A stretch of DNA of 64,000 nucleotides from Raja brachyura. Taxonomy: Eukaryota. Shown here piece after piece: positions 42,001 through 57,000 of the stretch. Position numbers and translations under genes: made by a program. Numbering within the stretch: position 1 is the first letter of the stretch; each line of letters opens with the position of its first letter. The stretch covers positions 33,170,001-33,234,000 of the forward strand of contig OY740799.1 of NCBI GenBank assembly GCA_963514005.1. Reading direction: 5' to 3'. The notes beneath the pieces were generated by a model that saw only the letters and a list, made by a program, of their open reading frames with translations, ran no database searches and was not told the origin of the DNA.

Positions 42001-45000
42001 CAGCGAAGGATATAGGCAACGTTTCGGGCCGAAACCCTTCTTCAGACCCTTTCGGCCCGAAGCGTTGCCTATTTCCTTCACTCCATAGATGCTGCTGCAC
42101 CCGCTGAGTTTCACCAACATTTTTGTCTACCTTCGATTTTCCAGCATCTACAGTTCCTTCGTAAATAAATGTAATGCCTTTATTATTTTCCAGAAGAAAC
42201 CACTCCCACGGTGACACCAAGCACCACCACCACCTACACAACAGGTGAGTGATCACCTCTGTCAGTAGCTTATTACCAGCCGTAACGTTCAGTCATTCAA
42301 TTTCAACTTCTGCTTGCCTTCAGTTTAATCATTCTTCAACTTGCATGTAATGCTTTTATTTGCAGAAAAAACAACAATAACAACGCCAGGGCCACCCACA
42401 ACCACGTCTACCACCAGCCCCACAACTGGTGAGTAATGCATTTTATCAATCATTTTAACACAAATATGCTCACAGTACCACTTGCAGGTTGTGACAATGA
42501 TGATCACTCTTGCCTTGTGCAACACAATTTTACCTCAGCAGCTCATGGGATGTTATCGAATTTCAAAGTCTTGAGATTCAAACTAGAATTGTGTTTTAAT
42601 GCAATGCAAAGGAACGACAGTAATGCCCAAAGTATGTGCTGGAGTTGAAACACATACAAATATTACTGCTGAATGTAGTATGGATTGTATATTTGCAGTG
42701 ACTATGTTGAAATATTATTCCACAACTTATTTTAATTTGTGCAATATATGTTCATTTTGTTACTCCTCTCTCAAATGTGTAATTCTTCAAGTTGAATGTA
42801 AAGGTCGTGTATGTATGTGTTTACAGAAAGAACTACACCAACAGCGACAACAACAACAGAATCTACCACCAGTCCCACAACTGGTGAGTGATAACTACTC
42901 TCAATGTAAACCCATGGGTTTTTATATCACAGCTAAGCTCATAAACATTATTTTCAGTTGCACTACTTTCCCTTCCTATCTTCAATTTCACTTCATCCAT
43001 AACAGATGAGTGATCACCTCTGTCAGTATATACTCACTGGCTGTTGGATTTGGTTGTTCAATTAAAACTTCTACTCATCTTCAGTGAAAGTCTAATAATT
43101 TGACCTTTCCACTACAATTTCCAATAACAAGCATTGGTCTAAATATTGAATGAAGGGTCCTGAAATTTATTTCTGCAGACAATTATTAGAATCCTCTTCT
43201 TTAAATGATGGCAACTATGATGATCAGCCAGCCTGTGTGAGTCTCAATAAAGCATCTCTCATGGGTAATTAAGCTATGTAATTCATAATAAAAGTGCAAT
43301 GGTAGGTTTTCTGGTGATTGCCATAAATAAGTGGGTACACCACACTGAAATGCATTGAAGTCTTTGAGGGAATGAAAACTGAGCAAAAATCGTGCAGGAC
43401 TATACTATTTTGTTGCTGCTGCATCTCTACTCGTGATGGTTCTGCAGAGAAGAAAATAATTTTTCCATGTCTAAATTGTTTTCACATTTCTCAATAATTT
43501 CTCAGCATTACACTTGAAAGTTCCAAGTGATCAACAGTATGTTAAGTGCAGTTACCACACTTGCTCACAAAATAATGTTCTATTGAAAGTATGGTTTCCT
43601 TGTGATGCAGATAAATCACCCAGCACATTATATTGCTGAATGGAGTATGGTTATCATTTTGAAGCCATTTGCTGAAATTATGTTACACAATCATTTATCC
43701 GGCTAATTTTCTACTTCCTCAGTTGTGCCATTCATCGTTGAATGGTCATGAATGCTTTTACTTTCTTAAGAAACAATAACAGTATCAACCATAACTGAGT
43801 TTACCACCAGTCAGATAACTGGTGGGTGATGCCTTCATTCAATATTAATTCATGGATATTTTAAAGCAACTATCCTTTTAAGCACTGCAAGCTTGAACTT
43901 TATTGGCTTGCCACAATCGTTTTAATTTCAGCGCAGTAGAGTTCTATCCTTCTCCAGAATCTTAAGGGTTCACTCGAGGTTGGTGATATGGCACAGAACA
44001 GATCAAATATATCTCCTTCATCAACATTCGGAATTATTTCTGTATCAAGCACTGGAAATTTGGGTTGCCATACAGCCATACGAATAAAAAAGGAACACAA
44101 CACACGATAGAATTTAACATAGACATCCCCACACAGCAGAATCAACGTTTCCCACTGTGAGGGAAGGCAATAAAGTTCAGCCATCTTCCTCTTTGTTTAC
44201 CCGTGGTCGGGGGCCCCAATGTTCAGGCCCTCGCCGGGATGATCGGAACTCCGACGTCGGAATGGAGAACTCTCTCAGCGACTTGGAGTTCCGAACCGGC
44301 CACCTACTGGAGACCAGGGCTCCCGATGTCCACAGGCCGTGCTTGGCGGAGATTCACACTGGCGTCCTCGCCAAAGGGACCACCAGGACTCCGCGATGTT
44401 GTTCAGCATTGCCTGCGGCTAGAAGCTCCGCAACCATAGTTCTACGATGTTAAAACAGTAGGCCCAATGCTCCGGAGCTTCATCAAACGATCCCCAGTAA
44501 GGAACAGACAGCTCCACTCAGAGGTGTTAATTCAGTGCTGCGTCGCTGTTGAAGCTCTGGTCGGTCTCCGGAAGGAACGGCCGCGCCAATCCAGTTTGTC
44601 TGCCGCGAGGAGTGGGCGAAGATGAGAATAGTCGCATCCTCGCCAGGAAGAGACTGAGAAAAGATTCCCCACCCCCCTACCCTGACCCACTACCCCACAT
44701 AAAAAGACTAAGAATACCTCCAAAACATACTTTTAAACAGACTAAAAATAACAAAAAGATGAAAAAAAAAGACAGAATGCAAACAGAGGCTGCCTTCAAA
44801 TGGCGCCCCCCTGTGGTAATGTAAATGTAATCATACAACTGAAATCTGAGATACCATATTGGAGAGAGATTAAAGACCAAATGTGATATACAAAACCAGC
44901 TGATTATCTGAAAGCTAAATTTACTCTTGGGTCCTAAAGCCATATGCGTAGTTGGAAAATGAGGTACTGTAACTTACACTGAGTACTGAACTTTATTGGA

Positions 45001-48000
45001 AATGTGTTGGAGATACAAAGTGGAAACGTAGGGAACATTTAAATGACTGACATATAAAATCTCATAAATAACATATACTACAGTAAATCTGTTTTGGTCT
45101 CCACTCTGCTGTGGATCCTCCCTTTCCTTTTCTTGTATACTCACTGCCTATCCTGATTATTTTTAAGATTTTATTTGTTTCTTTGCAGTAACACTTTTTC
45201 CAGACATACCCCTTGTTCTTTCTTCTCCTTTCCTTCCATCTTTCAGTCACTATTTGGGTCACTCAATCTCACCTGGTCTCCAGCCCATCACATCATCCCC
45301 TATTTCTCTGCACTGTAAATTTTGTTGCATTCTAAATTTTCCAGTACTTATAAAATAGAATCAGTCTCAAATGTTAATTCTTAACAGATGCTGCTTGACC
45401 TACCAAGTACTCCCAGTCATTTGTGCTTTCATTTTTCTTATGTCTGAAATCTGCTTGAGCGGTATAAGAATTGAGTTGACTTTGTGATTTGAATTTGTTT
45501 GTTATTTTCCAGAAGAAACATCAACTGTTACATCAACCAGCATTCCTTCCACAACAGGTAGCTGTTGGCTTTTTCAATATATATTTATTTTGCAACCTCA
45601 ACTGATCACAATGAAAATCCATTTGTTTTCTTCTCTATCATCGTCATAAACATCAACGTGCACGGTGCCTTACAATGCTATGTACGACAGTGATCATAAC
45701 TTCTACTGAAGTGTGGATGGCCGTTGGCTCGCTTGGAGCTAATCTGCCTTTTGACAGGTCTTGTTTTTGGTCCTGCAGTGGGTTCACTGCCCCCTCCTCA
45801 CCTGGCAAACTAGGTGGGGGAGACGGTTTAGTCACCGACTATCCGACCATGGAGCAGGTAGCACGGGATTACATGGTACCCGTGGCGGGTGGTAATCCCC
45901 CCTATCTTCTCTACCTTTTTGATATATTAGACCCTGTTCCCTGTTCCCCATTTTTACTGTCATAAGTAAAATGTTCGGTCACTCACAATGGCAGCTACTT
46001 TTATCATCATGCGGAAATTTGAACTCCCTTCTTTATAAGAATATGATAGGTAACTTCTTTATTTGGGCATGCGAGGAAACTGTTTGGCCCATTGTGTCCT
46101 TTTCAACTTCCAACAGCACAATGTCATGTCCCCTGCTTATTTCCCTGTATTTCTACAACATATTCTCTTCCACATCCACTCTCCTTTGATTCTTTTGGTA
46201 TTGGTCTATACAAAGGAATAATTTACAAGAGCCAATTAATCTACCAGCATGTCTCTGGGTGACAGGAGGAACTCAAGGAAGTACAGGGAGCCAATATGAG
46301 CTCCATACAAACAGCACCTAATATCAGGATTGAACTTGGATCTCTCAAGCTTTCAGGCAAAGGCAAGGCACAGCCTTCCACAGCTTGTTGAGAGTGGTCT
46401 TCTTTTCATTATAATCTCTTTCCTCCTTTAACTCTTGATTCTGTTTTATGAATTGACAGCAAACGTGTTCCTTTATCATATATTATCCTGGAGCAGCTAC
46501 CTTTTTGCCATTTCCCTCTTGCCCACTAATTAAACTCTTCTGCATATATGTTATACCTTTTCACCATATACAGTACGTAGCATGTTTCAAGGTGATATGG
46601 TGAGGCAACGCAACTACTCCAATAATGTTCTTCAATAGCACGCTGAGACCAACCCATCAAAGTGGAAAGAATATCCGGCTGTTAAAATCATGCAATAGTT
46701 AGTGCACAGCTGCAGTCAGCTGCCTGATAAGTGACATCTCACGTTTGTGCTTTATGCTTTTTCTCTATTGTTCTGTTCTGCACTGGCAATGAATGTTTCC
46801 CTACTTGAAGTTGTATCTTAATTCAGATCAATCAACAGTTCCCCAAACATATTGTTATTATTCCCATTTTACTGTTCCCATTTTCATTTAAACTGTAATT
46901 TGTAAGATTCATTTTGATGCACAACCATGTTTCTCAAATCTTGTTTTTTATATTTATGTTTATATTTTCCACTATGTGGTGTTTTTTTACAAGTTTGCCT
47001 TATGTTTTCTTTCTTTACATTACAGTGCCATACTGTTTGGGTGTATGGTCTCCTTGGTCTAATAATGATACACCAACACCGTCATCTCCAAATGATTATG
47101 AATTGTTGATACCATATGGCACTCAATTGTGCCCATCTTCTTCTGATAAAATTACCACCATTCAGTGCCAATTTGCCAAACATCCTGAATGGCCACTAAG
47201 TGTATCGCCAGATGTTGTGACCTGCAATAAAGAGATAGGATTGATGTGCACATTCTCTGGATCTCCTTCTGGCCACTTTTGTAATGACTACAGAATTAGA
47301 GTTTGCTGCGAGCCAACTGAGACTACAACTGTCCCCACGACTACAACTGAGTCTACCACCAGTCCCACGACTGGTGAGTGATACCTTCTCCAGTACTTGT
47401 TAACAGTCATTTTAAAGGAAGGACAACTGTGTCCAAAGTATGTCCAGCTTGTGCTGGAATTGAACCAAATACAAATATTACTGCTCAATGTTGCGATGAT
47501 TATAAATTTGCAGTGGCTTTTGTTGAAGTTATTCCACAACTTCTCTTTAATCAATATATGCTGATTTTGTTACTACACTTCCAAATGTGCCTTTCTTCGT
47601 TGAATATAAAAGACATGTATGCATTTGTTTACAGAAGAAACAACAACAACAACAGCTACGACCACCACAGAATCTACCACCAGTCCTACAACTGGTAAGT
47701 GATATCTTATCTCAATGTGCACTCATAGTTTTTTTTTTATCACAGCTGAGCTCATACACACACGTTCCCATCCTTGCTTCAAGTTTCGCAATTTCATGAT
47801 CCCATTTTAGAGTCTGTGGGTTCAGTCTTGATGGTCCTCTGATGCTGGATAGAGGTAGTGCAGCACTGACAATACTGTGCTGTTCAGCTTGAGATTTTGA
47901 GCTGGGTTTGTGAGTGTGCTGTTGTGACTGCGGTATATTTTGTGGCCAATAGCAAAGAACAGAAACATCTCTCAACTACCATGAATAATAACGATGATTA

Positions 48001-51000
48001 CAACAAAATTTCTCAGGAAATATTTTTAAGTTCTATAGTTTATCGGATGTAGATATGAATAAGTAGTTTCTGGTGTTCCCTATATTTCAGCTGTGACCAT
48101 ATTTTAATACAATTTCTTGCTGCAAGTCCTTTGCAAGATAGGAAGTATTGAAAGGAGTTTATCTCGACTTTACACAATCTCTTTTGAAATAGTCCAATTA
48201 CCACCTGCATTTGTCGGTCATTCAAAATCTACGATTCAACATGGATGATTTAATTGTCCATGAATTTGTTTCTCTTTCGAAGAAACATCTACAACAACCA
48301 GCACAACTGAGTCCACAACCACTTCCACAACTGGTGGGTGGTGATATTTTCATTTGTAAATCTTTTAAACACAAGCTCACCTATACATATACATACTATA
48401 TCACATAATTTAAAACAAATGTAATGCCTTGGTAGACAAAAATGCTGGAGAAACTCAGCAGGTGCAGCAACATCTATGCAGCGAAGGATATAGGCAACGT
48501 TTCGGGCCGAAACCCTTCTTCAGACCCTTTCGGCCCGAAGCGTTGCCTATTTCCTTCACTCCATAGATGCTGCTGCACCCGCTGAGTTTCACCAACATTT
48601 TTGTCTACCTTCGATTTTCCAGCATCTACAGTTCCTTCGTAAATAAATGTAATGCCTTTATTATTTTCCAGAAGAAACCACTCCCACGGTGACACCAAGC
48701 ACCACCACCACCTACACAACAGGTGAGTGATCACCTCTGTCAGTAGCTTATTACCAGCCGTAACGTTCAGTCATTCAATTTCAACTTCTGCTTGCCTTCA
48801 GTTTAATCATTCTTCAACTTGCATGTAATGCTTTTATTTGCAGAAAAAACAACAATAACAACGCCAGGGCCACCCACAACCACGTCTACCACCAGCCCCA
48901 CAACTGGTGAGTAATGCATTTTATCAATCATTTTAACACAAATATGCTCACAGTACCACTTGCAGGTTGTGACAATGATGATCACTCTTGCCTTGTGCAA
49001 CACAATTTTACCTCAGCAGCTCATGGGATGTTATCGAATTTCAAAGTCTTGAGATTCAAACTAGAATTGTGTTTTAATGCAATGCAAAGGAACGACAGTA
49101 ATGCCCAAAGTATGTGCTGGAGTTGAAACACATACAAATATTACTGCTGAATGTAGTATGGATTGTATATTTGCAGTGACTATGTTGAAATATTATTCCA
49201 CAACTTCTTTTAATTTGTGCAATATATGTTCATTTTGTTACTCCTCTCTCAAATGTGTAATTCTTCAAGTTGAATGTAAAGGTCGTGTATGTATGTGTTT
49301 ACAGAAAGAACTACACCAACAGCGACAACAACAACAGAATCTACCACCAGTCCCACAACTGGTGAGTGATAACTACTCTCAATGTAAACCCATGGGTTTT
49401 TATATCACAGCTAAGCTCATAAACATTATTTTCAGTTGCACTACTTTCCCTTCCTATCTTCAATTTCACTTCATCCATAACAGATGAGTGATCACCTCTG
49501 TCAGTATATACTCACTGGCTGTTGGATTTGGTTGTTCAATTAAAACTTCTACTCATCTTCAGTGAAAGTCTAATAATTTGACCTTTCCACTACAATTTCC
49601 AATAACAAGCATTGGTCTAAATATTGAATGAAGGGTCCTGAAATTTATTTCTGCAGACAATTATTAGAATCCTCTTCTTTAAATGATGGCAACTATGATG
49701 ATCAGCCAGCCTGTGTGAGTCTCAATAAAGCATCTCTCATGGGTAATTAAGCTATGTAATTCATAATAAAAGTGCAATGGTAGGTTTTCTGGTGATTGCC
49801 ATAAATAAGTGGGTACACCACACTGAAATGCATTGAAGTCTTTGAGGGAATGAAAACTGAGCAAAAATCGTGCAGGACTATACTATTTTGTTGCTGCTGC
49901 ATCTCTACTCGTGATGGTTCTGCAGAGAAGAAAATAATTTTTCCATGTCTAAATTGTTTTCACATTTCTCAATAATTTCTCAGCATTACACTTGAAAGTT
50001 CCAAGTGATCAACAGTATGTTAAGTGCAGTTACCACACTTGCTCACAAAATAATGTTCTATTGAAAGTATGGTTTCCTTGTGATGCAGATAAATCACCCA
50101 GCACATTATATTGCTGAATGGAGTATGGTTATCATTTTGAAGCCATTTGCTGAAATTATGTTACACAATCATTTATCCGGCTAATTTTCTACTTCCTCAG
50201 TTGTGCCATTCATCGTTGAATGGTCATGAATGCTTTTACTTTCTTAAGAAACAATAACAGTATCAACCATAACTGAGTTTACCACCAGTCAGATAACTGG
50301 TGGGTGATGCCTTCATTCAATATTAATTCATGGATATTTTAAAGCAACTATCCTTTTAAGCACTGCAAGCTTGAACTTTATTGGCTTGCCACAATCGTTT
50401 TAATTTCAGCGCAGTAGAGTTCTATCCTTCTCCAGAATCTTAAGGGTTCACTCGAGGTTGGTGATATGGCACAGAACAGATCAAATATATCTCCTTCATC
50501 AACATTCGGAATTATTTCTGTATCAAGCACTGGAAATTTGGGTTGCCATACAGCCATACGAATAAAAAAGGAACACAACACACGATAGAATTTAACATAG
50601 ACATCCCCACACAGCAGAATCAACGTTTCCCACTGTGAGGGAAGGCAATAAAGTTCAGCCATCTTCCTCTTTGTTTACCCGTGGTCGGGGGCCCCAATGT
50701 TCAGGCCCTCGCCGGGATGATCGGAACTCCGACGTCGGAATGGAGAACTCTCTCAGCGACTTGGAGTTCCGAACCGGCCACCTACTGGAGACCAGGGCTC
50801 CCGATGTCCACAGGCCGTGCTTGGCGGAGATTCACACTGGCGTCCTCGCCAAAGGGACCACCAGGACTCCGCGATGTTGTTCAGCATTGCCTGCGGCTAG
50901 AAGCTCCGCAACCATAGTTCTACGATGTTAAAACAGTAGGCCCAATGCTCCGGAGCTTCATCAAACGATCCCCAGTAAGGAACAGACAGCTCCACTCAGA

Positions 51001-54000
51001 GGTGTTAATTCAGTGCTGCGTCGCTGTTGAAGCTCTGGTCGGTCTCCGGAAGGAACGGCCGCGCCAATCCAGTTTGTCTGCCGCGAGGAGTGGGCGAAGA
51101 TGAGAATAGTCGCATCCTCGCCAGGAAGAGACTGAGAAAAGATTCCCCACCCCCCTACCCTGACCCACTACCCCACATAAAAAGACTAAGAATACCTCCA
51201 AAACATACTTTTAAACAGACTAAAAATAACAAAAAGATGAAAAAAAAAGACAGAATGCAAACAGAGGCTGCCTTCAAATGGCGCCCCCCTGTGGTAATGT
51301 AAATGTAATCATACAACTGAAATCTGAGATACCATATTGGAGAGAGATTAAAGACCAAATGTGATATACAAAACCAGCTGATTATCTGAAAGCTAAATTT
51401 ACTCTTGGGTCCTAAAGCCATATGCGTAGTTGGAAAATGAGGTACTGTAACTTACACTGAGTACTGAACTTTATTGGAAATGTGTTGGAGATACAAAGTG
51501 GAAACGTAGGGAACATTTAAATGACTGACATATAAAATCTCATAAATAACATATACTACAGTAAATCTGTTTTGGTCTCCACTCTGCTGTGGATCCTCCC
51601 TTTCCTTTTCTTGTATACTCACTGCCTATCCTGATTATTTTTAAGATTTTATTTGTTTCTTTGCAGTAACACTTTTTCCAGACATACCCCTTGTTCTTTC
51701 TTCTCCTTTCCTTCCATCTTTCAGTCACTATTTGGGTCACTCAATCTCACCTGGTCTCCAGCCCATCACATCATCCCCTATTTCTCTGCACTGTAAATTT
51801 TGTTGCATTCTAAATTTTCCAGTACTTATAAAATAGAATCAGTCTCAAATGTTAATTCTTAACAGATGCTGCTTGACCTACCAAGTACTCCCAGTCATTT
51901 GTGCTTTTATTTTTCTTATGTCTGAAATCTGCTTGAGCGGTATAAGAATTGAGTTGACTTTGTGATTTGAATTTGTTTGTTATTTTCCAGAAGAAACATC
52001 AACTGTTACATCAACCAGCATTCCTTCCACAACAGGTAGCTGTTGGCTTTTTCAATATATATTTATTTTGCAACCTCAACTGATCACAATGAAAATCCAT
52101 TTGTTTTCTTCTCTATCATCGTCATAAACATCAACGTGCACGGTGCCTTACAATGCTATGTACGACAGTGATCATAACTTCTACTGAAGTGTGGATGGCC
52201 GTTGGCTCGCTTGGAGCTAATCTGCCTTTTGACAGGTCTTGTTTTTGGTCCTGCAGTGGGTTCACTGCCCCCTCCTCACCTGGCAAACTAGGTGGGGGAG
52301 ACGGTTTAGTCACCGACTATCCGACCATGGAGCAGGTAGCACGGGATTACATGGTACCCGTGGCGGGTGGTAATCCCCCCTATCTTCTCTACCTTTTTGA
52401 TATATTAGACCCTGTTCCCTGTTCCCCATTTTTACTGTCATAAGTAAAATGTTCGGTCACTCACAATGGCAGCTACTTTTATCATCATGCGGAAATTTGA
52501 ACTCCCTTCTTTATAAGAATATGATAGGTAACTTCTTTATTTGGGCATGCGAGGAAACTGTTTGGCCCATTGTGTCCTTTTCAACTTCCAACAGCACAAT
52601 GTCATGTCCCCTGCTTATTTCCCTGTATTTCTACAACATATTCTCTTCCACATCCACTCTCCTTTGATTCTTTTGGTATTGGTCTATACAAAGGAATAAT
52701 TTACAAGAGCCAATTAATCTACCAGCATGTCTCTGGGTGACAGGAGGAACTCAAGGAAGTACAGGGAGCCAATATGAGCTCCATACAAACAGCACCTAAT
52801 ATCAGGATTGAACTTGGATCTCTCAAGCTTTCAGGCAAAGGCAAGGCACAGCCTTCCACAGCTTGTTGAGAGTGGTCTTCTTTTCATTATAATCTCTTTC
52901 CTCCTTTAACTCTTGATTCTGTTTTATGAATTGACAGCAAACGTGTTCCTTTATCATATATTATCCTGGAGCAGCTACCTTTTTGCCATTTCCCTCTTGC
53001 CCACTAATTAAACTCTTCTGCATATATGTTATACCTTTTCACCATATACAGTACGTAGCATGTTTCAAGGTGATATGGTGAGGCAACGCAACTACTCCAA
53101 TAATGTTCTTCAATAGCACGCTGAGACCAACCCATCAAAGTGGAAAGAATATCCGGCTGTTAAAATCATGCAATAGTTAGTGCACAGCTGCAGTCAGCTG
53201 CCTGATAAGTGACATCTCACGTTTGTGCTTTATGCTTTTTCTCTATTGTTCTGTTCTGCACTGGCAATGAATGTTTCCCTACTTGAAGTTGTATCTTAAT
53301 TCAGATCAATCAACAGTTCCCCAAACATATTGTTATTATTCCCATTTTACTGTTCCCATTTTCATTTAAACTGTAATTTGTAAGATTCATTTTGATGCAC
53401 AACCATGTTTCTCAAATCTTGTTTTTTATATTTATGTTTATATTTTCCACTATGTGGTGTTTTTTTACAAGTTTGCCTTATGTTTTCTTTCTTTACATTA
53501 CAGTGCCATACTGTTTGGGTGTATGGTCTCCTTGGTCTAATAATGATACACCAACACCGTCATCTCCAAATGATTATGAATTGTTGATACCATATGGCAC
53601 TCAATTGTGCCCATCTTCTTCTGATAAAATTACCACCATTCAGTGCCAATTTGCCAAACATCCTGAATGGCCACTAAGTGTATCGCCAGATGTTGTGACC
53701 TGCAATAAAGAGATAGGATTGATGTGCACATTCTCTGGATCTCCTTCTGGCCACTTTTGTAATGACTACAGAATTAGAGTTTGCTGCGAGCCAACTGAGA
53801 CTACAACTGTCCCCACGACTACAACTGAGTCTACCACCAGTCCCACGACTGGTGAGTGATACCTTCTCCAGTACTTGTTAACAGTCGTTTTAAAGGAAGG
53901 ACAACTGTGTCCAAAGTATGTCCAGCTTGTGCTGGAATTGAACCAAATACAAATATTACTGCTCAATGTTGCGATGATTATAAATTTGCAGTGGCTTTTG

Positions 54001-57000
54001 TTGAAGTTATTCCACAACTTCTCTTTAATCAATATATGCTGATTTTGTTACTACACTTCCAAATGTGCCTTTCTTCGTTGAATATAAAAGACATGTATGC
54101 ATTTGTTTACAGAAGAAACAACAACAACAACAGCTACGACCACCACAGAATCTACCACCAGTCCTACAACTGGTAAGTGATATCTTATCTCAATGTGCAC
54201 TCATAGTTTTTTTTTTATCACAGCTGAGCTCATACACACACGTTCCCATCCTTGCTTCAAGTTTCGCAATTTCATGATCCCATTTTAGAGTCTGTGGGTT
54301 CAGTCTTGATGGTCCTCTGATGCTGGATAGAGGTAGTGCAGCACTGACAATACTGTGCTGTTCAGCTTGAGATTTTGAGCTGGGTTTGTGAGTGTGCTGT
54401 TGTGACTGCGGTATATTTTGTGGCCAATAGCAAAGAACAGAAACATCTCTCAACTACCATGAATAATAACGATGATTACAACAAAATTTCTCAGGAAATA
54501 TTTTTAAGTTCTATAGTTTATCGGATGTAGATATGAATAAGTAGTTTCTGGTGTTCCCTATATTTCAGCTGTGACCATATTTTAATACAATTTCTTGCTG
54601 CAAGTCCTTTGCAAGATAGGAAGTATTGAAAGGAGTTTATCTCGACTTTACACAATCTCTTTTGAAATAGTCCAATTACCACCTGCATTTGTCGGTCATT
54701 CAAAATCTACGATTCAACATGGATGATTTAATTGTCCATGAATTTGTTTCTCTTTCGAAGAAACATCTACAACAACCAGCACAACTGAGTCCACAACCAC
54801 TTCCACAACTGGTGGGTGGTGATATTTTCATTTGTAAATCTTTTAAACACAAGCTCACCTATACATATACATACTATATCACATAATTTAAAACAAATGT
54901 AATGCCTTGGTAGACAAAAATGCTGGAGAAACTCAGCAGGTGCAGCAACATCTATGCAGCGAAGGATATAGGCAACGTTTCGGGCCGAAACCCTTCTTCA
55001 GACCCTTTCGGCCCGAAGCGTTGCCTATTTCCTTCACTCCATAGATGCTGCTGCACCCGCTGAGTTTCACCAACATTTTTGTCTACCTTCGATTTTCCAG
55101 CATCTACAGTTCCTTCGTAAATAAATGTAATGCCTTTATTATTTTCCAGAAGAAACCACTCCCACGGTGACACCAAGCACCACCACCACCTACACAACAG
55201 GTGAGTGATCACCTCTGTCAGTAGCTTATTACCAGCCGTAACGTTCAGTCATTCAATTTCAACTTCTGCTTGCCTTCAGTTTAATCATTCTTCAACTTGC
55301 ATGTAATGCTTTTATTTGCAGAAAAAACAACAATAACAACGCCAGGGCCACCCACAACCACGTCTACCACCAGCCCCACAACTGGTGAGTAATGCATTTT
55401 ATCAATCATTTTAACACAAATATGCTCACAGTACCACTTGCAGGTTGTGACAATGATGATCACTCTTGCCTTGTGCAACACAATTTTACCTCAGCAGCTC
55501 ATGGGATGTTATCGAATTTCAAAGTCTTGAGATTCAAACTAGAATTGTGTTTTAATGCAATGCAAAGGAACGACAGTAATGCCCAAAGTATGTGCTGGAG
55601 TTGAAACACATACAAATATTACTGCTGAATGTAGTATGGATTGTATATTTGCAGTGACTATGTTGAAATATTATTCCACAACTTCTTTTAATTTGTGCAA
55701 TATATGTTCATTTTGTTACTCCTCTCTCAAATGTGTAATTCTTCAAGTTGAATGTAAAGGTCGTGTATGTATGTGTTTACAGAAAGAACTACACCAACAG
55801 CGACAACAACAACAGAATCTACCACCAGTCCCACAACTGGTGAGTGATAACTACTCTCAATGTAAACCCATGGGTTTTTATATCACAGCTAAGCTCATAA
55901 ACATTATTTTCAGTTGCACTACTTTCCCTTCCTATCTTCAATTTCACTTCATCCATAACAGATGAGTGATCACCTCTGTCAGTATATACTCACTGGCTGT
56001 TGGATTTGGTTGTTCAATTAAAACTTCTACTCATCTTCAGTGAAAGTCTAATAATTTGACCTTTCCACTACAATTTCCAATAACAAGCATTGGTCTAAAT
56101 ATTGAATGAAGGGTCCTGAAATTTATTTCTGCAGACAATTATTAGAATCCTCTTCTTTAAATGATGGCAACTATGATGATCAGCCAGCCTGTGTGAGTCT
56201 CAATAAAGCATCTCTCATGGGTAATTAAGCTATGTAATTCATAATAAAAGTGCAATGGTAGGTTTTCTGGTGATTGCCATAAATAAGTGGGTACACCACA
56301 CTGAAATGCATTGAAGTCTTTGAGGGAATGAAAACTGAGCAAAAATCGTGCAGGACTATACTATTTTGTTGCTGCTGCATCTCTACTCGTGATGGTTCTG
56401 CAGAGAAGAAAATAATTTTTCCATGTCTAAATTGTTTTCACATTTCTCAATAATTTCTCAGCATTACACTTGAAAGTTCCAAGTGATCAACAGTATGTTA
56501 AGTGCAGTTACCACACTTGCTCACAAAATAATGTTCTATTGAAAGTATGGTTTCCTTGTGATGCAGATAAATCACCCAGCACATTATATTGCTGAATGGA
56601 GTATGGTTATCATTTTGAAGCCATTTGCTGAAATTATGTTACACAATCATTTATCCGGCTAATTTTCTACTTCCTCAGTTGTGCCATTCATCGTTGAATG
56701 GTCATGAATGCTTTTACTTTCTTAAGAAACAATAACAGTATCAACCATAACTGAGTTTACCACCAGTCAGATAACTGGTGGGTGATGCCTTCATTCAATA
56801 TTAATTCATGGATATTTTAAAGCAACTATCCTTTTAAGCACTGCAAGCTTGAACTTTATTGGCTTGCCACAATCGTTTTAATTTCAGCGCAGTAGAGTTC
56901 TATCCTTCTCCAGAATCTTAAGGGTTCACTCGAGGTTGGTGATATGGCACAGAACAGATCAAATATATCTCCTTCATCAACATTCGGAATTATTTCTGTA